Shown here: in pieces, positions 63,030-64,000 of the stretch
Layout: every line of letters begins with the position of its first letter
Position numbering within the stretch: the first letter of the stretch is position 1
NCBI GenBank assembly: GCA_051294905.1
Contig: CM119372.1
Location: forward strand, 26,290,001 to 26,354,000
Length of the DNA: 64,000 nucleotides
Direction of reading: 5' to 3'
Source of the DNA: Botryllus schlosseri
Taxonomy: Eukaryota
Program-made: the position numbers and the translations under genes
The notes under the pieces: generated by a model
Seen by the model: the letters and a program-made list of their open reading frames with translations, nothing else
What the model was told of the DNA's origin: nothing
Databases searched by the model: none

Positions 63030-64000
63030 CTCTGAAAGTTAGACCGATTGCACGCAATAACTTTTCCCTGACTGTTGTACTTAGAGAGATATTGGCAAAT
63101 TTTGACATTTTGGGGGGTATGAAATTGACCTCGATTTCTCCATGTTCCCGAAGGCCTAGAACTACAATTCCGGTATCAGAGTGTCTAACTCTGAAAGTTA
63201 GACCGATTGCACGCAATAACTTTTCCCTGACTGTTGTACTTAGAGAGATATTGGCAAATTTTGACATTTTGGGGGGTATGAAATTGACCTCGATTTCTCC
63301 ATGTTCCCGAAGGCCTAGAACTACAATTCCGGTATCAGAGTGTCTAACTCTGAAAGTTAGACCGATTGCACGCAATAACTTTTCCCTGACTGTTGTACTT
63401 AGAGAGATATTGGCAAATTTTGACATTTTGGGGGGTATGAAATTGACCTCGATTTCTCCATGTTCCCGAAGGCCTAGAACTACAATTCCGGTATCAGAGT
63501 GTCTAACTCTGAAAGTTAGACCGATTGCACGCAATAACTTTTCCCTGACTGTTGTACTTAGAGAGATATTGGCAAATTTTGACATTTTGGGGGGTATGAA
63601 ATTGACCTCGATTTCTCCATGTTCCCGAAGGCCTAGAACTACAATTCCGGTATCAGAGTGTCTAACTCTGAAAGTTAGACCGATTGCACGCAATAACTTT
63701 TCCCTGACTGTTGTACTTAGAGAGATATTGGCAAATTTTGACATTTTGGGGGGTATGAAATTGACCTCGATTTCTCCATGTTCCCGAAGGCCTAGAACTA
63801 CAATTCCGGTATCAGAGTGTCTAACTCTGAAAGTTAGACCGATTGCACGCAATAACTTTTCCCTGACTGTTGTACTTAGAGAGATATTGGCAAATTTTGA
63901 CATTTTGGGGGGTATGAAATTGACCTCGATTTCTCCATGTTCCCGAAGGCCTAGAACTACAATTCCGGTATCAGAGTGTCTAACTCTGAAAGTTAGACCG
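63030..64000. repeat. 159-bp tandem array, at least 6 apparently identical copies, continuing beyond the window
   Basis: TCTGAAAGTTAGACCG recurs at 63031, 63190, 63349 etc.; the minus-strand ORF shows an exact 53-aa period. Confidence 0.97.

Noticed and set aside
63004..63903. 299-aa repeat ORF as a real protein; array as a CRISPR
   Set aside because: The ORF follows from a 159-bp (3n) unit lacking a stop in one frame; units are identical with no variable spacers and no cas genes.

Overview
AT-rich eukaryotic (animal-like) DNA made almost entirely of nested, mostly decayed transposable elements; no host gene is supported. The main feature is a 14,110-bp element (29627-43736) with Polinton/Maverick-type ends (5'-AGTAGT...ACTACT-3') and a perfect 6-bp TSD (CACAGT). 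It is a giant palindrome: two ~6.6-kb near-identical inverted arms around a 926-bp spacer, with no recognisable polymerase, integrase or capsid gene. It sits in the GIY-YIG domain of a Penelope retroelement that three insertions have spread over ~30 kb; the Penelope frame re-forms when the inserts and one TSD copy are removed. Also present: a spliced THAP/P-element transposase, a second Penelope with a minimal hammerhead ribozyme, a six-level transposon nest, an APE/RTE-type LINE with an inverted 3' end, a Galileo-like foldback element, a MULE with spliced DNA-binding exons, a PHD finger and a G-rich intron, a hATm-type element, many hAT MITEs with 8-bp TSDs, a tRNA-derived SINE and a 159-bp tandem array running off the window end. 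All calls are by eye; family names come from motif recall, not database searches.
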